From the NCBI GenBank assembly GCA_951406725.2, contig OX597823.1, positions 77,190,001-77,254,000 of the forward strand: DNA of 64,000 nt, given 5' to 3'. Source of the stretch: Octopus vulgaris. Taxonomy: Eukaryota. The notes beneath the pieces were generated by a model, which did no database searches, had not been told where the DNA came from, and saw nothing but the letters and a program-made list of their open reading frames with translations. The position numbers and the translations under genes are program-made. Each line of letters opens with the position of its first letter. Position 1 is the stretch's first letter. This document shows positions 41,040 to 55,122 of this stretch, piece by piece.

Positions 41040-41920
41040 TCTTGGTGGGTATTTGTCTGGTTGCACATTTCTGTGCCAAATTTTTGTTTCTTCATTTCTC
41101 AGATTGAAAGAGAAGGTTGTAACAATATTTTGATCACACACTATTGAACATTGCTTGTCACAGCTGACTAACTAGCAGAATGCGGTCAAGATGTAAAGAT
41201 AATTTAGAAGCTCACTATGAAATAAAAGTTTTGTACTAAACTGAGTAAAAATGCTACAGATTCTTATGAAATGCTCTAGATTGCTTATGGATTAACTTGT
41301 AAGAGTCAGGCACCTGTTATGTGGTTGCACAAGAGACCAGGCAAAGTGAGTTCACCAGGATAGCCATGATAATCCCCTGTTTTTGGCAACAAGGCATCGT
41401 CTACATCAATGGAGTTCCCTCTGACCACAATGAGTATTTTTTGGCAGCTTTGAGATTTCATTGCAAAATGTCAGAGCTCTTCAATTTTGATCGTTGGCAC
41501 CTGCACCAGGACAATGCACCAGACCACAGTTCCATCCTGGTAACCAACTGCTTCAAATACATGGGTATCACAAATGCCCGTCGCATTTACTATTACATCA
41601 AGGCAGATGGAATGGTCACTTAAGGGCTGGTTCTAATTGCACCTGTCAGTTTTAATATATATATATATGTGACTTTTGGTTATTCCTCAACACAACTTTT
41701 GGTTATTCCACAATGGTTGGTGGAGGCTGTGACAGGGGTCCTAGACACCTTCACTTTCAAGGACTTCCTTGGGGGTTTTCATGAAGTGGCTGTAATGCTA
41801 CAACCAATGCATTGAAGTCAAAGGATCCAAATTTGAATGTGATTAGAGCTTTGTACATTTTTGAAATTAATAAATGTCTCTCATGAAAAAGTCTCAAAAC
41901 ACATCTGCATCTTGTCTATA
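41040..41920 (+). mobile_element. Second mariner-like fossil, internally deleted
   Basis: WHLHQDNAP and CDFWLF motifs, N-terminal KNATDSYEML-like remnant; interrupted by a short repeat at 41590-41668. Confidence 0.7.
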
Positions 41921-41965
41921 TACATGTGTCTGTGTGCATGTCTGTGTGTATGTGCATGTATATAC

Positions 41966-42028
<63 letters not shown>

Positions 42029-42178
42029 AAATAGAAAGATGAATAATGCTTGTAGTAGATTAATCAAAAGTTTAACCGATACCTTAGTAGCAAAAATCAC
42101 AGCAGTTAAAACAGCACGGTTGGAGGTACAACCATATGGCTGTTGCAAAACGTCTTGGTGCGATAAGAAATTAGAACC

Positions 42179-42486
42179 TTATTGGTGAATTGAAGAAATG
42201 GCTGAGCACGCAATTGAAATACAGAAATCGTTTTATTTCATTCTACACGTGTTTCGAAAGGCACAAATTACCAAAATCCGATGGAATAATGGGACCATAT
42301 TGTGTCTTTCTCTTCAGGAAGACACAATTCCAACGGATTTCCTATTTTCTTCCTGAAGAGAAAGACACAATATGGTCCCATTATTCCATCGGATTTTGGT
42401 AATTTGTGCCTTTCAAACACGTGTAGAATGAAATAAAACGATTTCTGTTCAATCTGCTTGAGTCCATTTCTTCAATTCACCAATAA
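42179..42486. mobile_element. Near-perfect palindromic element with a hammerhead in each arm
   Basis: ~140-bp arms; minus arm ttc CTGAAGA gaaagacacaa...ttgtgcctttc GAAA cacgtg TA gaa (42241-42320); plus arm lacks the G of GAAA. Confidence 0.8.
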
Positions 42487-42488
42487 TG

Positions 42489-42537
<49 letters not shown>

Positions 42538-42749
42538 TACACATATATATACACACATATATATATACACACATATATATATATACACACATATATATAC
42601 ATATACATACACATATATATATATACATACACACACACACACACACATATATATACATATATGTATACAGTTGTGTGTACATATATGTAGATGTATATAT
42701 CTATACACCCAGACACACACATACATATATATATATATACATGCATGTG

Positions 42750-42839
<90 letters not shown>

Positions 42840-43628
42840 GTGTGTGTTTATATATATGTGTATATGTATACACACACACATACTCACACACAGATATGTA
42901 TGTAATAATTATACAGCAGACTGCGTTTATTGGATGATATGAAATTTTTAAAGTCAAACTCACAATTTTACCCTTACTGCTTTCAATACAAATAAGTATA
43001 AACATAAGTTAAAAAATGCTTTTATCTCTCTGTGGGCAATTTTGGGATTGTCCTCTCTCTTTTCATCTCTATTTGGTGAATCATAAGAGAAATAAAAGCA
43101 TTTGTTTACATTTGTTTACTCTTGTTTATATTAAACACTATGAGGCTAAAACTGTAGATACAACACACATTTATAAGCACACACACACACACACAAACAT
43201 CGCACACACAAACACACATGGCACACACACACACTAATATATATATGAGTATGTATGCCTATATGAATAGAGAGACAGTGAGCCAGACAGTGAGAGAGAG
43301 AGAAAAGCATATACGTGCATATATGTGTATGTATATATATGTGTGTGTGTCTATTTATTTACACACACACACACAAATTTCATTTTTTTTATCTCTTAAT
43401 TGTTTTAGTCATTAGACTGTGGCCAAACTGGGGCATCACCTCTAAAGATTTTAGTCAAACAAATTAAGACAGTACTTTTTTTTTTAATTTGAAGTCTAAT
43501 ATTTATACAACCAGTCTGTATTGTGAAACTACTAAGTTATAGATATTAGGACACCAACACCAGTTGTCAGGCAGTGATGGGAAAGAAACACAGACACAAA
43601 GACAACCACGTGCATAAATGTCTATATA

Positions 43629-44138
43629 TCTACATATATAAAACTCAACTTGTGTGTCTGTGTGTGTATCTGTGTGTGTAACTGTGAGTTTAACTTCCCG
43701 GCACATCTCCTCCTAGCCAACAAATCGTACAACTACCAAAAATGGGTCACTTAATGTTTAGGCGAATGAAAATAGAACTGCACTATTTCTGTTCTAAAAT
43801 TCATCTCGCAATTGCAAAAATCGATAATGTGTTTGTTTAGGCCTTATCCCATGCATTGAATAGTGAACTTTACTCAGTCAGCTGTTTGACATGAACTGTG
43901 TTCACCACGCATGCAAGCATGTGTAAATTGCATGAAAAATAAAAAAATCAAGATATAAAAATGAATCACCGTAAACATTGTAGAAATTCGGCAAAGAAAT
44001 GAATTTTCGGGATGTAGCCTGGAGGGTTTTTTCGTATTAATCATTTGGACTTTGTGAACACATACCAATTGTTTTCATAACATTTTTAACGCTTTGAATT
44101 AAATGTGACCATTTTGCAAAACCGGGCAATACTGCTAG
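43629..44138 (+). mobile_element. Non-autonomous Helitron
   Basis: 5' TCTACATATATAAAACTC, 3' CCGGGCAATACTGCTAG followed by T; an inverted copy of the 3' end starts at 44511. Confidence 0.7.
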
Positions 44139-44437
44139 TATATATATATATATATATATATACTGTCCTTACCTTCGAAACACACTTTGAGTCGAACCAG
44201 GGACAGCTGATGAAGGGGAATTTTCCTTGTATTGTTTGTCCTGTACTCTGTTTTTCATTGTTTAAAAAAAGTCCGTTTCCTTGTTTGATTTTATGTTCTC
44301 GTCTCTTGTTGTGTTCTACGTTTATTTGTGATGTCCCATACTCTTGTATATATATATATGTATGCATGTATATATACATGTAGATGTAAGTATGTACATA
44401 TATGTATATATGCATATATTTTATTTATTTATTATAT

Positions 44438-44511
<74 letters not shown>

Positions 44512-44726
44512 TAGCAGTATTGCCCGGCTTTTCAAAATGGTCAAATATATATATATACATGTCTTTCATTTGTTCCTTCTTCTAGCAGCCCTTCCACACT
44601 TTGTTCATTCCACTCTTCATTCTTTCGTTCCCTCTCTCTCACATTTCCTGGCTTTCTCTTCTTGCTCACTTTCCTTCTTTCACTTCACTGTGTCTCTTTC
44701 ATTTTTTTTTCTCGTCCCTCCTAATT

Positions 44727-44773
<47 letters not shown>

Positions 44774-45184
44774 TTTTTGCATGCACCAATGTACATACAC
44801 ACACACACACATATATATATGTATGGTTTTTATCCAAAATCGAGACAAATGCCATTCCTCCATGAAATCGGCTTGAAAAATTGTTAGGTTATTAAGATAT
44901 TTTTCGTAACATGAAACTAATGGTAGCCTTAATACACAAATACATAAATTCTATCTACCAATGCGTTGCTGAGCACTCATTTTCATCATTTGACATTTGT
45001 GTGTGTGTGTGTGTGGTTGTAGAGATCACTTCATAACCACATGGATCCATGTTTTATTTCACTGCATGGTGCATGAGGCTAGTGTTTTTCATTCAGGCCA
45101 CCCATTATCTTGAGTGAAATAGGTAGATGGAAACTTTATGGCAGTCTGTCATGTATGCATACACAGACATAAAAATAAATACGC

Positions 45185-45422
45185 CCTTTTAAAGCTTAGT
45201 CAGGTTCATGGACCCGGTTTCCTGGTTTCTATGGTGTATGTGTTCCCCAGCTGGATGGGACGCCAGTCCATCGCAGCATCACTTATTTTTGCCAGCTGAG
45301 TGGACTGGAGCAATGTGAAATGAAGTGTTTTGCTCAAGAACGCAATGCATCGCTTGGTCCTGGAATTGAAACCACAATCTTACGATGCTGACGCCCTAAC
45401 CACTAAGCCACACGCCTCCACA
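45185..45422 (-). mobile_element. Chimeric tRNA-derived SINE
   Basis: GTGGAGGCGTGTGGCTTAGTGGTTAGGG head, family D-like core, tail like 1580-1853. Confidence 0.7.
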
Positions 45423-45559
45423 TACACACATATATGATTAAATAATATGCATAATATATATATAACCATTATATATATATTCCATACACACATATTCATG
45501 ATGCATATATCTAATGTATAACATACATAATATACATAATATATACAATATAATATATA

Positions 45560-46157
45560 CAATGTAAAGTATAATAGCCATCTCAATATGGCTAACCACA
45601 AAGTGGGGTGTTACTGTAGCTTTTAGACCCAGGAGATCATCATCTCCAGCTGGCTTTAGGCACACTATCTGTGCCCTTATGGTATTTGCAAAGGGAGGCC
45701 ATCCTTTTCTCGTAAGCTAAGTGATACACACCGGACTGCGGTTTTGAGGTTATTGCCTCTTATCAACGGGCGGTAATCACCGAATCACAATAAAAGAAAA
45801 AGCCTGTTTGCAAATATATAAGAGTTTTTCTAGTGACTTCTGCCACTGATTTCGAAAAACTGACTGGAAGAATTATTATATCTCAGAACAAGTTGTAAAC
45901 AGTAATCGCTTGACAATGTAAAGTATAATAGCCATCTCAATATGGCTAAACACAAAGTGGGGTGTTACTGTAGCTTTTTAGCCCCAGGAGATCATCATCT
46001 CCATAAGGGCACAGATAGTGTGCCTAAAGCCAGCTGGAAATGATGATCTCCTGGGGCTAAAAAGCTACAGTAACACCCCCATTTGTGGTTAGCCATATTG
46101 AGATGGCTATTATATTTACATTGTTGAGCGATTACTGTTTACATCTCGTTCTGAGAT
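45560..46157. repeat. Direct plus inverted repeat element (direct copy 45560-45682; palindrome 45880-46157)
   Basis: CAATGTAAAGTATAATAGCCATCTCAATATGGCTAA...GATCATCATCTCC present twice forward and once reversed. Confidence 0.85.
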
Positions 46158-46313
46158 TTAAAAATATATACAATATATCTCTTGTATGCATATGACTGTA
46201 AACAACAGTAACAACAATAACAACAATAATCTTTATAATTTATAATTTCATAATGAATAAATTTAAATTTTCAATTTCTGTTTTGATTTTTTTTTTGTTT
46301 TGATAATAATTAT

Positions 46314-46755
46314 TATCATCATCATCATCATCATCATTTAGCGTCCATTTTCCGCGCTAGCACGGGTTGGACGGTTCGACCGGGGTCTGGGAAGCCAGGG
46401 GCTGCACCAGGCTCCAGTCTGATCTTGCAGTGTTTCTACAGCCGGATGCCCTTCCTAACGCCAACCACTCCATGAGTGTAGTGGGTGCTTTTTACGTGCC
46501 ACCTGCACAGGTGCCAGGGGAGTCTGGCATCGGCCATGATCGATTGGTGCTTTTAACGTGCCACCGGCACGGAAGCCAGCCAAGGCGGCGCTGGCATTGG
46601 CCACGTTCGGATGGTGCTTTTTATGTGCCACCGGCACAGGAGCCAGTCGAGGTGGTGCTGGCATCGGCCACGTTCGGATGGTGCTTTTTATGTACCACCG
46701 GCACAGGTATCACAACTACTATTTCCATTGATATTTATTTCGATGTTCATGTACT
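46314..46755 (-). mobile_element. RTE 3' tail copy (family B)
   Basis: Very similar to 26958-27376 in reverse orientation. Confidence 0.88.
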
Positions 46756-48039
46756 TCTTGAAAACTAATGATTTTTCTTTTCGTTACCAGTGTATTTTTA
46801 CCCTCATCATCATCATGATTCACACCAAGGTGCATATGTTCATCAATGCATGCATCTATGCATTTATACATACTTGCATTTACCTGTGTATATATGAATA
46901 TGTATGCTGGCTGCTCTTTTATGCATATGTGTGTGTTTGAGCATGACTAAATATTTCGAGTACATGTGGCCACATGTATGATGTGTGTGGGAGTCTGTGT
47001 ACATAAGCACATGGAAACACATATGTGGTTGTGTTGGTGTTTATGTCTCTGAGTGTGTCTGTGTAAAACCATAAAAGTTCTTCATAAACTTAGATTTTCT
47101 CAATTTCATGAAATTCTGGTTTGCCATGGAATTCAAATTGCTCTCGAGAAAGAGAGCTTAGGTCAATAAATCCTATTACATCAAGGCAGATGGAATGGTC
47201 ACTTAAGGGCTGGTTCTAATTGCACTTGTCAGTTTTAATATATATTTAATTTAGTTGGCTTACTGGTGCAAAAAGCTGCTTGTCATTCGATTGCTTATGA
47301 TTATAGATGCTTTACAACACTTGTAAGCCACTGCAGCTGCTTCTTCCAGATTTAATATGCTGTAGGTGGTAAACAGAGAATCTACAGGAGTGAAAGATAT
47401 AGCAGTAATGCAGCAGTTATGGTTTCCACCCTCATAAACTAAAATAAGCTATAGTTACTTTCAAGTTTTCGCCCGCTAACAAAACAATAAATAAGCTTTT
47501 AAAGAATCTCTTGTCTTGCTCATAGTAACCAATAGCTTCTCCTTCAATGGGCTTCTTGCTAATTTTAAGATATATGGGCAAGCATGTTTAACTGTCACGA
47601 GTTTTAGGAAGCCTTCCTTTAACAAAACACACGTTGATCGTTGTAGCTGAAAGATTTGAATTATTGTTTTGTGAGACCAGCTACTTCAATAATACATGTC
47701 TTCCTAAATCTAACTGGATTTGCTCTAAACCAATTTTAAATTTCCTCAATGAATAATTATGGTTGTCCTTCCATTTGAAATTGTCATAGCTGCACTTTAT
47801 AACTGACACTTCTTTTAGAACCAAAAAATACTTTTGCTCCGATCCATTGCTGACCTTCACTAATGCTCAAGCGTGATTCATATCAATTACTCCTCAAATA
47901 TCTTTATCTCCTACTTGTTTCTGTCATTGAAATGTGGTTATGCTAGGACACTGCCTTAAATGGTTTTTAGTAAAATGAATCAATGCAAGTGGTTTCCATT
48001 TTTAAATTTGGAACTCATTCTGTCAGTCTCTTTTACTGG

Positions 48040-48310
48040 ATTCTTCTTATTCTTATTCTTATTCTTAATCCTTTTTGCACCTTGTTGATCATAGGGCCTC
48101 GACAGTTGTTTTCCACTTTTTGCGGTCATTGGCGTGTTTCTTGGCTGCTTCCTATGTCAGACCGGTGGTTCTGAGCTCACCCAAAATGCTCCGCTTCCAT
48201 GGCTGCTTAGGGCATCCTCACTTCCTTTTCCTTTTCCCCTGTGGGTTCCAGTTAAGTGCTTGTTGTGTCACATTTGAGGGTTCTTTCCACAGCGAGTGTC
48301 CAATCCATGG
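48040..48310 (-). mobile_element. Old RTE-group LINE 3' end (third family)
   Basis: [13 protein letters not shown] remnant and (AAGAAT)n tail. Confidence 0.65.
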
Positions 48311-48587
48311 TTCTTTCCACAGTGTAGGTCAGCTCCATTTACTGGATGATACTCAAGAAAAGTTAGGACAGTCAAGGCTAGAGCACCAGTTGAACAAAGT
48401 AATGTCTTAGTCGATGTTGCTGTTGTTAAGCCTTAAGTCAATCTTACAACCTATGAGTAAAGATAGTCAAGCCATCTCACAACACCATCATTTTTCTGTC
48501 ATGCAAAATGTATCAAGGACTACAACATTGTTTTCTACTCTAGGCACAAGGCCCAAAATTTTTGGAGAGGCAGGCCAGTCGATTAGA

Positions 48588-49354
48588 TCGGAGATGGTCT
48601 AACGAATGGGACCTGTGTCTGAACATGTCAAAGTGCTATCATCTGCCTTTTGGCTCTCCTCCTGCAACTCAACTTGATTTCGAGCCGGGTCGTCTGCTGC
48701 TGGAGAGGACCGATCAGGTAAAGGACCTGGGTATCTTGATGGATTTCTCCTTTTCGCCTTCGGCCCAGTGCATCCAGAACGCTCACAGCAGCCATATTCC
48801 TATCGCTCTATGTCACGCTGGTGAGACCCATATTGGAGTACGGGATTCAAGCCTCTTCTCCTTATCTCCTCAAAGATATACAGCATCTCGAAAGAGTCCA
48901 GAAGCTGGCTACCCGCATGGTTCTTGGTCTCATGAATTTGTCTTATGAAGAAAGGCTGAAGACACTCAACCGTTATTCTCTAGAAAAACGATGACGCTGT
49001 GGTGATCTCATTCTTGCTCACAACATCATAAGCGGAATGTGTAACCTCTCGAAAGAGCTGTTCTTCACTCCTGCTCCAGAGCGTCGGCTGTGGGGTCATT
49101 CCGAAAAGCTCTATCTGCGATGATTTCATTTCAATCGAAGGAGAGGGGTTTTCTCCGTCCGGGTTGCAGATCTGTGGAATAAGCTACCGGACGAGATGGT
49201 GAAGATGCCGATGACCACTCGGTTCAAAGTCCCCCTTGACCACATGTGGCCTGAACTCTTTACATGAACACCACCCTGTACATAATTCCATGTCCCCCTA
49301 CATGGCCTTGCTTTTTGCTTTTTGAACCAAAAAATTAACTAACTAACTAACTAA
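48588..49354 (+). mobile_element. CR1-group LINE 3' fragment inserted in a family E SINE
   Basis: Colinear with 15545-16358 with stops and a deletion; (AACT)n tail; SINE continues on both sides. Confidence 0.9.
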
Positions 49355-49687
49355 CCGCAGCACACAACTGGTACTTAATATATAGACCCTGAAAGGATGA
49401 AAGGCAAAGTTGACCTCGGTGGAATTTGAACTCAGAACGTAAAGACAGATGAAATACCTATTTCTTTACTACCCACAAGGGACAAACAGAGAAGACAAAC
49501 AAGGACAGACAAACGGATTAAGTTGATTATATCAACCCCAGTGCATAACTGGTACTTATTTAATTGACCTCAAGAGGATGAAAGGCAAAGTCGACCTCGG
49601 TGGAATTTGAACTTAGAACGTAACGGCAGAGGAAATACTACTAAGCATTTCGCCCGGCATGCTAACATTTCTGCCGGCTCACCATCT
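49355..49687 (-). mobile_element. Family E SINE (partial tandem dimer)
   Basis: Two GGATGAAAGGCAAAGT.GACCTCGGTGGAATTTGAACT blocks. Confidence 0.8.
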
Positions 49688-50574
49688 TTCAAGGACTACA
49701 ACATTAGCCAATGTGTTCTCTTTTTTAAGATAGTTGAATACAGTACGAGGAAGATATGGCATCTCTTTTTAGTAGCTCATTCAATGGATCTATTAATGTT
49801 TTCTCTGCCAATGTCATCTTACCAAAATTTCAAAATGAACATGAATCACATATTACTGACAAATGGTACTGGTGTAGCAGAAATGATAAGTTAACTCGCT
49901 AAATTATCCTGTAATTCTATTATTTCAACCAGATTTTCAGCATATAAAATGTATCGGGTAGTGAACAATGTTAATAAAGCAAGATTATGCTAGCTGTAAA
50001 TGGACCACATTACTGCAAACTATATCCTGTCATGTTCAGGTCATATAGAATCACCTTTATGTTCTTGCGGAGATTATTCAGAAACTTTATAGTACTATAT
50101 GGGAAAGCAAGACAGAGAGAGAGAGAGAGTGAGAGAGGAGGGACTTAGTGAGAGGGGTGGGAGAGGGCGGAGAACATGAGAAAAAAAGTAGAGAAGAGGA
50201 GAGAATGAGAGGGAGAGGAAAGCGAGTGAGAGGGGTTAGAGACTGAGAGAAAAAAATGAGAGAGAAGAACTTGGTCCTCAAAAGGTTACTAAGTTTGGAA
50301 GTATGATTCATTCTCAGAGATTATGCTATTCAACAATAAGAACTTCTAATACGAAGAGGCTACAAAAGGATTTAACAACAGAAGCATGCAGTTATTCTTT
50401 GTACTTTTTTGCTTTTAGTTTTCATGCCTTTTGCTTTTTATTCTTTTATTCTTATATATAAAGGGTCTTATGGCCCTATTTTACTCTGTCATAATCTTCT
50501 GATTTCATCCAATTTAATTTACATAAACATCACACACACTCACATACACACACGCACACAGAAATTTTTTCTTG

Positions 50575-50735
50575 CTGTCTCTCCCTTTTAGTCAACTCTC
50601 AATCCTTTCTGTTGAAGGGCATAGACTTGAAATGTCAAAGACTTTTTCATTCCTCCTGAGCATCAAACTAACATCCCTGGTTGTTGTTCCCTCACCTGCC
50701 TTCATCTTTTGTTTTCTGTGAATTTGAATTGTATA
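50575..50735 (+). mobile_element. Solo Penelope terminal-repeat-like unit
   Basis: cttt CTGTTGAA gggc atag actt GAAA tg TC aaag; homologous to 21675-21870. Confidence 0.65.
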
Positions 50736-50769
50736 TATTATGTATGAATTATATATATATATGACGCAT

Positions 50770-51376
50770 CGGATGTGGCATGCAGGAGAGACATTTGCAT
50801 TGGCATGGTCACATACTATGGATGGATGAGGAGAGATGTATGAAGAAATGCCACTCCCAAACAGTTGAAGGAATCTGGGATAGAGGTAGACCCAGAAAGA
50901 CATGGGATGAGGTGGTCAAGCATGACCTTCAAACATTGGGTTTCACAGAGGCAATGACAAAAGACTGATACCTCTGGAGATATGCTGTGATTGTGAATAC
51001 TCGACAAATGAGGTGAGTTCATGGCTCACAGAACGGCCTGCTGTGCTTACCTTGGATCGTAGGGTGACCTGCTGTGCTTGAGGAGACCTATTGAGTCAAA
51101 TACATTAACATCAAATTAAAATTCAAATGGAAATTGTAGTTGTGATATCTGTTCCGGTGGCACGTAAAAAACACCATCCAAACGTGGCAGATGCCAGTGC
51201 TGCTGGACTGGCATGTAAAAAGCACCCACTACACTCACGGAGTGGTTGGCATTAGGAAGGGCATCCAGCTGTAGAAACACTGCCAGATCAGACTGGAGCT
51301 TGGTGCAGCTTCCTGGCTTCCCAGACCCCGGTTGAACTGTCCAAGCCATGCTAGCATGGAAAACAGACGTTAAACA

Positions 51377-51408
<32 letters not shown>
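50770..51408 (+). mobile_element. RTE LINE 3' fragment
   Basis: RGRPRKTWDEVVKHDL ORF end plus 3'UTR and (GAT)n. Confidence 0.88.
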
Positions 51409-52044
51409 ATATCTGTGTGTGTGTATGTGTACATGAATATATATGTATGTGTGTGTATGTATATATATGTATGTGTGTGTATGTATATATATGTATGTGT
51501 GTGTATGTATATATATGTGTGTATGTGTGCATAAACACACACATACACACAACAGGTTTCCTCACAGTTTTCAGCTACCAAATCTACTCACAAGGTATTG
51601 GTCAGCTCAGGGCTATAGCAGGAGACACTTGCCCAAGGTGACACACAGTGAGACTGAAACCCTAAACTTAGGGTGCAAAGGGACCTTCTTAACCACACAA
51701 CCATGCTTGTGCCTTTGTCTCTATATTTTTTTTTTTTAAATACATAAATATATTTCTGTATATTGAATTTAACAAATAAAAACAAAAGGTTACTTCAATG
51801 ACAATAATTCTCTTAATATATACTGACAATGTATATATATATATATACACATCCTACGTTTATATTTCTTACGAACCTTCACCAACCCTTCCTGCCATTG
51901 TTCCTCCTTACCCCAACCTTCCCCCACTGGTGCTCCCCTATATTACCCGCACCCCTTTACTATCTCTCCCTCTCTTTTCACTGGTGAAACCTTTCTCAGC
52001 TGAACCCCCCCCCCCCCAACTCAACTCTACCCCGCATCCCGTTG

Positions 52045-52307
52045 CCCCCGTGTCCCTGGCACGTTAAAAGCTCGAACCGATCGTGACCGATGCCGGACCC
52101 CCCGGCCCCTGTGCAGGTGGCACGTAAAAAGCACCCAATCCACTCACGGAGTGGTTGGCGTTAGGAAGGGCATCCAGCCGTAGAAACTCTGCCAGAATCA
52201 GACTGGAGCCTGGAGCGGCCCCTGGCTTCCCAGACCCCGGTCGAACCGTCCAACCCGTGCTAGCGCGGAAAACGGACGTTTAAACGATGATGATGATGAT
52301 GATGATG
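52045..52307 (+). mobile_element. RTE 3' tail copy (family B)
   Basis: Conserved terminal segment and (GAT)n. Confidence 0.85.
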
Positions 52308-53017
52308 AATGTGTTTCATTTAGTTTTCGGTATAACAAAGAATTTGGAGTAGTCTAGCTAAATAACTTTTTCATTACTAAGTTGGTGTCTGGAACATAAG
52401 TTAACAAAAGGTTTCTAAGATAAAATTATGATTAAACATCTAAATTTAACACTTTCATCCCTGATACATGTGAAACCATTTCTAATCTTAGATGAAAATT
52501 TCATTATTACCTGACAGGTAATATTAGATGTCAGCAAGTAAACATGTCTTTTATTAAGTTGAAAGTTAGTTATTTCCTTAAAGTGCTAATAATTCTTGAC
52601 TCTGTTGAATATTAAAACACAATGGCAGAATTATTTTTGTTAGGAATATGGTTACAAGGTGTTTTAAATATGGACTTTTTAAAATAGATGGTTTTTATTT
52701 TGTAGAATTAAAGTGTAAGGCATAAAGTTGAGAAGTTCGCTTCTCTACTAATGGTTTTAGGTTGTCTTCAGGTTCAGTCTCACTGTATGACACCTTTGGT
52801 AAATATCTTCTACTATAACCCCAAGATGTCCAAAGCTTTGAGATTGAATTTGGTAGTAAATTAATCCTGAAAGAATCCTTCATATGTGTGTGCATGCATG
52901 TATGGATGTGGGTGCATGTGCATAGGTGTGCATGTGTGCATATGCATGCATGTGTGCATTTGTATGTATGTATGTGTGCAGGTGTGTATATATGTGTCTG
53001 TATGCATTTGTGTGCAT

Positions 53018-53340
53018 ATGAAGGCACGTGGCTTAGTGGTTATGGTATTTGGATCATGACTTAAAGGTGTAAGTTCAATCCCTGGTGATGCATTGAGTCC
53101 GTGAGCAAGACACTTTATTTCACATTTCTCCAGTTCACTCAGCTGACAAAAATGAATGGTACCCATAATGCAGATAGACATATTCTGTGTCACACTGAAT
53201 TGACCTGAGAACCAAATTAAGGGCATTCATGTCTGTGGAGTGCTCAGCCTGTTTGCTGTTAATGTCATGAGCAGCCTGTTCTGTTGATTGGACCAACGGG
53301 AACGGAACCCACATTGTCATAACTGATGGAGTGCCTCCAA
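53018..53340 (+). mobile_element. Chimeric SINE: family D-like core with family C tail
   Basis: GAGCAAGACACTTTATTTCAC core; GTCTGTGGAGTGCTCAGCC tail as in 9598-9985. Confidence 0.72.
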
Positions 53341-54384
53341 CATAGCTTGACAAACGATGCTGGTGTGTTTACGTCCCAGTTCAGCAAAATAGACCGATAG
53401 AATAAGTCCTAGGGTCGATTTGCTCAACTAAAGGTGGTGCTCCAGCACGGCCACAGTCAAATGACTGAAACAAGTAAAAAAGTAAAAGAGTAAAAGAGTA
53501 ATACATACCCCCCACACACACACAGCTAAACATAAGCACACACACACACACACAGAGCTAAACATAACGCACATACATAAGCACACACACACAGCTAAAT
53601 AAAATGCACATACATAACCACACACACACACACACAGCTAAACATAATGCGCATACATAAGCACACACATACACACACATGCAGCTAAATATAATGCACA
53701 TACATAACAACATACACAAATGCATCTAAACATAGTGCATATATATAACCACATATACAAGCAAAACAACAAGCACACACACACACAAAAACACATACAC
53801 ACACACAAAAACACATACACACACACAGAAGTATAAACCTAAACACAAACATAAACAAATACATACACACACACACATATGCCTAAACAAAACACATACT
53901 GACAAACAAACACACATTTGGTGCACTCTCAAAGCCACAAACATAAAGAAGAAACATGCCAAAAATAAACATAGGCAAAAACAAATCAATAAACACATAA
54001 ACACAACAATAAACAATAATATAAACATTGCAATAAATAATAAAAAAACAACCGTAAAAAAGTAGATGAATTGTACGAAAATATAATATGTTAACAAACA
54101 ACGAGTATTTAGCTTGTATTTAATGCCACAATGAAAACAAAATCATTATTTCTGTAACATGGTATCTAAATTGAGTTTTAATGTGCGTTGGACATACTTC
54201 TGTTTTGTATTTGCGAAACGGCTTGTGATATATGCGTGTGTGTGTGTGTGTGTGTTTGGGTGGGTGCGTGTGTGAAAGGGAGAGAGAGAGAGAGAGAGAG
54301 AAGTGGGGTCTCTCAGATTGTGGCAAAATATAAGATGTCAAAAATTGAACTCTTCAGGACTTTCGTTCTCTGTATGTATGCATG

Positions 54385-54444
<60 letters not shown>

Positions 54445-54448
<4 letters not shown>

Positions 54449-54805
54449 CGCAGGAGTGGCTGTGTGGTAAGTAGCTTGCTAACCAACCACACGGTTGCGG
54501 GTTCAGTCCCACTGCGTGGCATCTTGGGCAACTGTCTTCTGCTATAGCCCCGGGCCGACCAATGCCTTGTGAGTGGATTTGGTAGACGGAAACTGAAAGA
54601 AGCCTGTCGTATATATGTATATGTGTGTTTGTGTGTCTGTGTTTGTCCCCCTAGCATTGCTTGACAACCGATGCTGGTGTGTTTATGTCCCCGTCACTTA
54701 GCGGTTCGGCAAAAAGAGACCGATAGAATAAGTACTAAAAGGTGGTGCTCCAGCATGGCCGCAGTCAAATGACTGAAACAAGTAAAAGAGAAAAGAGAGA
54801 AAGAG
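54445..54805 (+). mobile_element. Family A SINE
   Basis: GGCGCAGGAGTGGCTGTGTGGTAAG head, GGTTCAGTCCC B box; short internal deletion. Confidence 0.9.
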
Positions 54806-54899
54806 ATATATGTATATGTACACATGTACATATACATGTATATGTATACATGTATACATATACATGTACATATACATGTATATGTATACATGTATACAT

Positions 54900-54981
<82 letters not shown>

Positions 54982-55055
54982 ATATTATATATACATATAT
55001 ATATACATATATATATATATACATATATATATACATATATACATATAATATATAT

Positions 55056-55116
<61 letters not shown>

Positions 55117-55122
<6 letters not shown>

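Noticed and set aside
42449-43005. Long [12 protein letters not shown] ORFs here and throughout the window
   Set aside because: Translations of (TA)n/(CA)n microsatellites, which lack stop codons
51860-52060. C-rich Pro-rich ORF 51798-52067
   Set aside because: Low-complexity sequence grading into an error-rich RTE tail; possibly low-quality consensus
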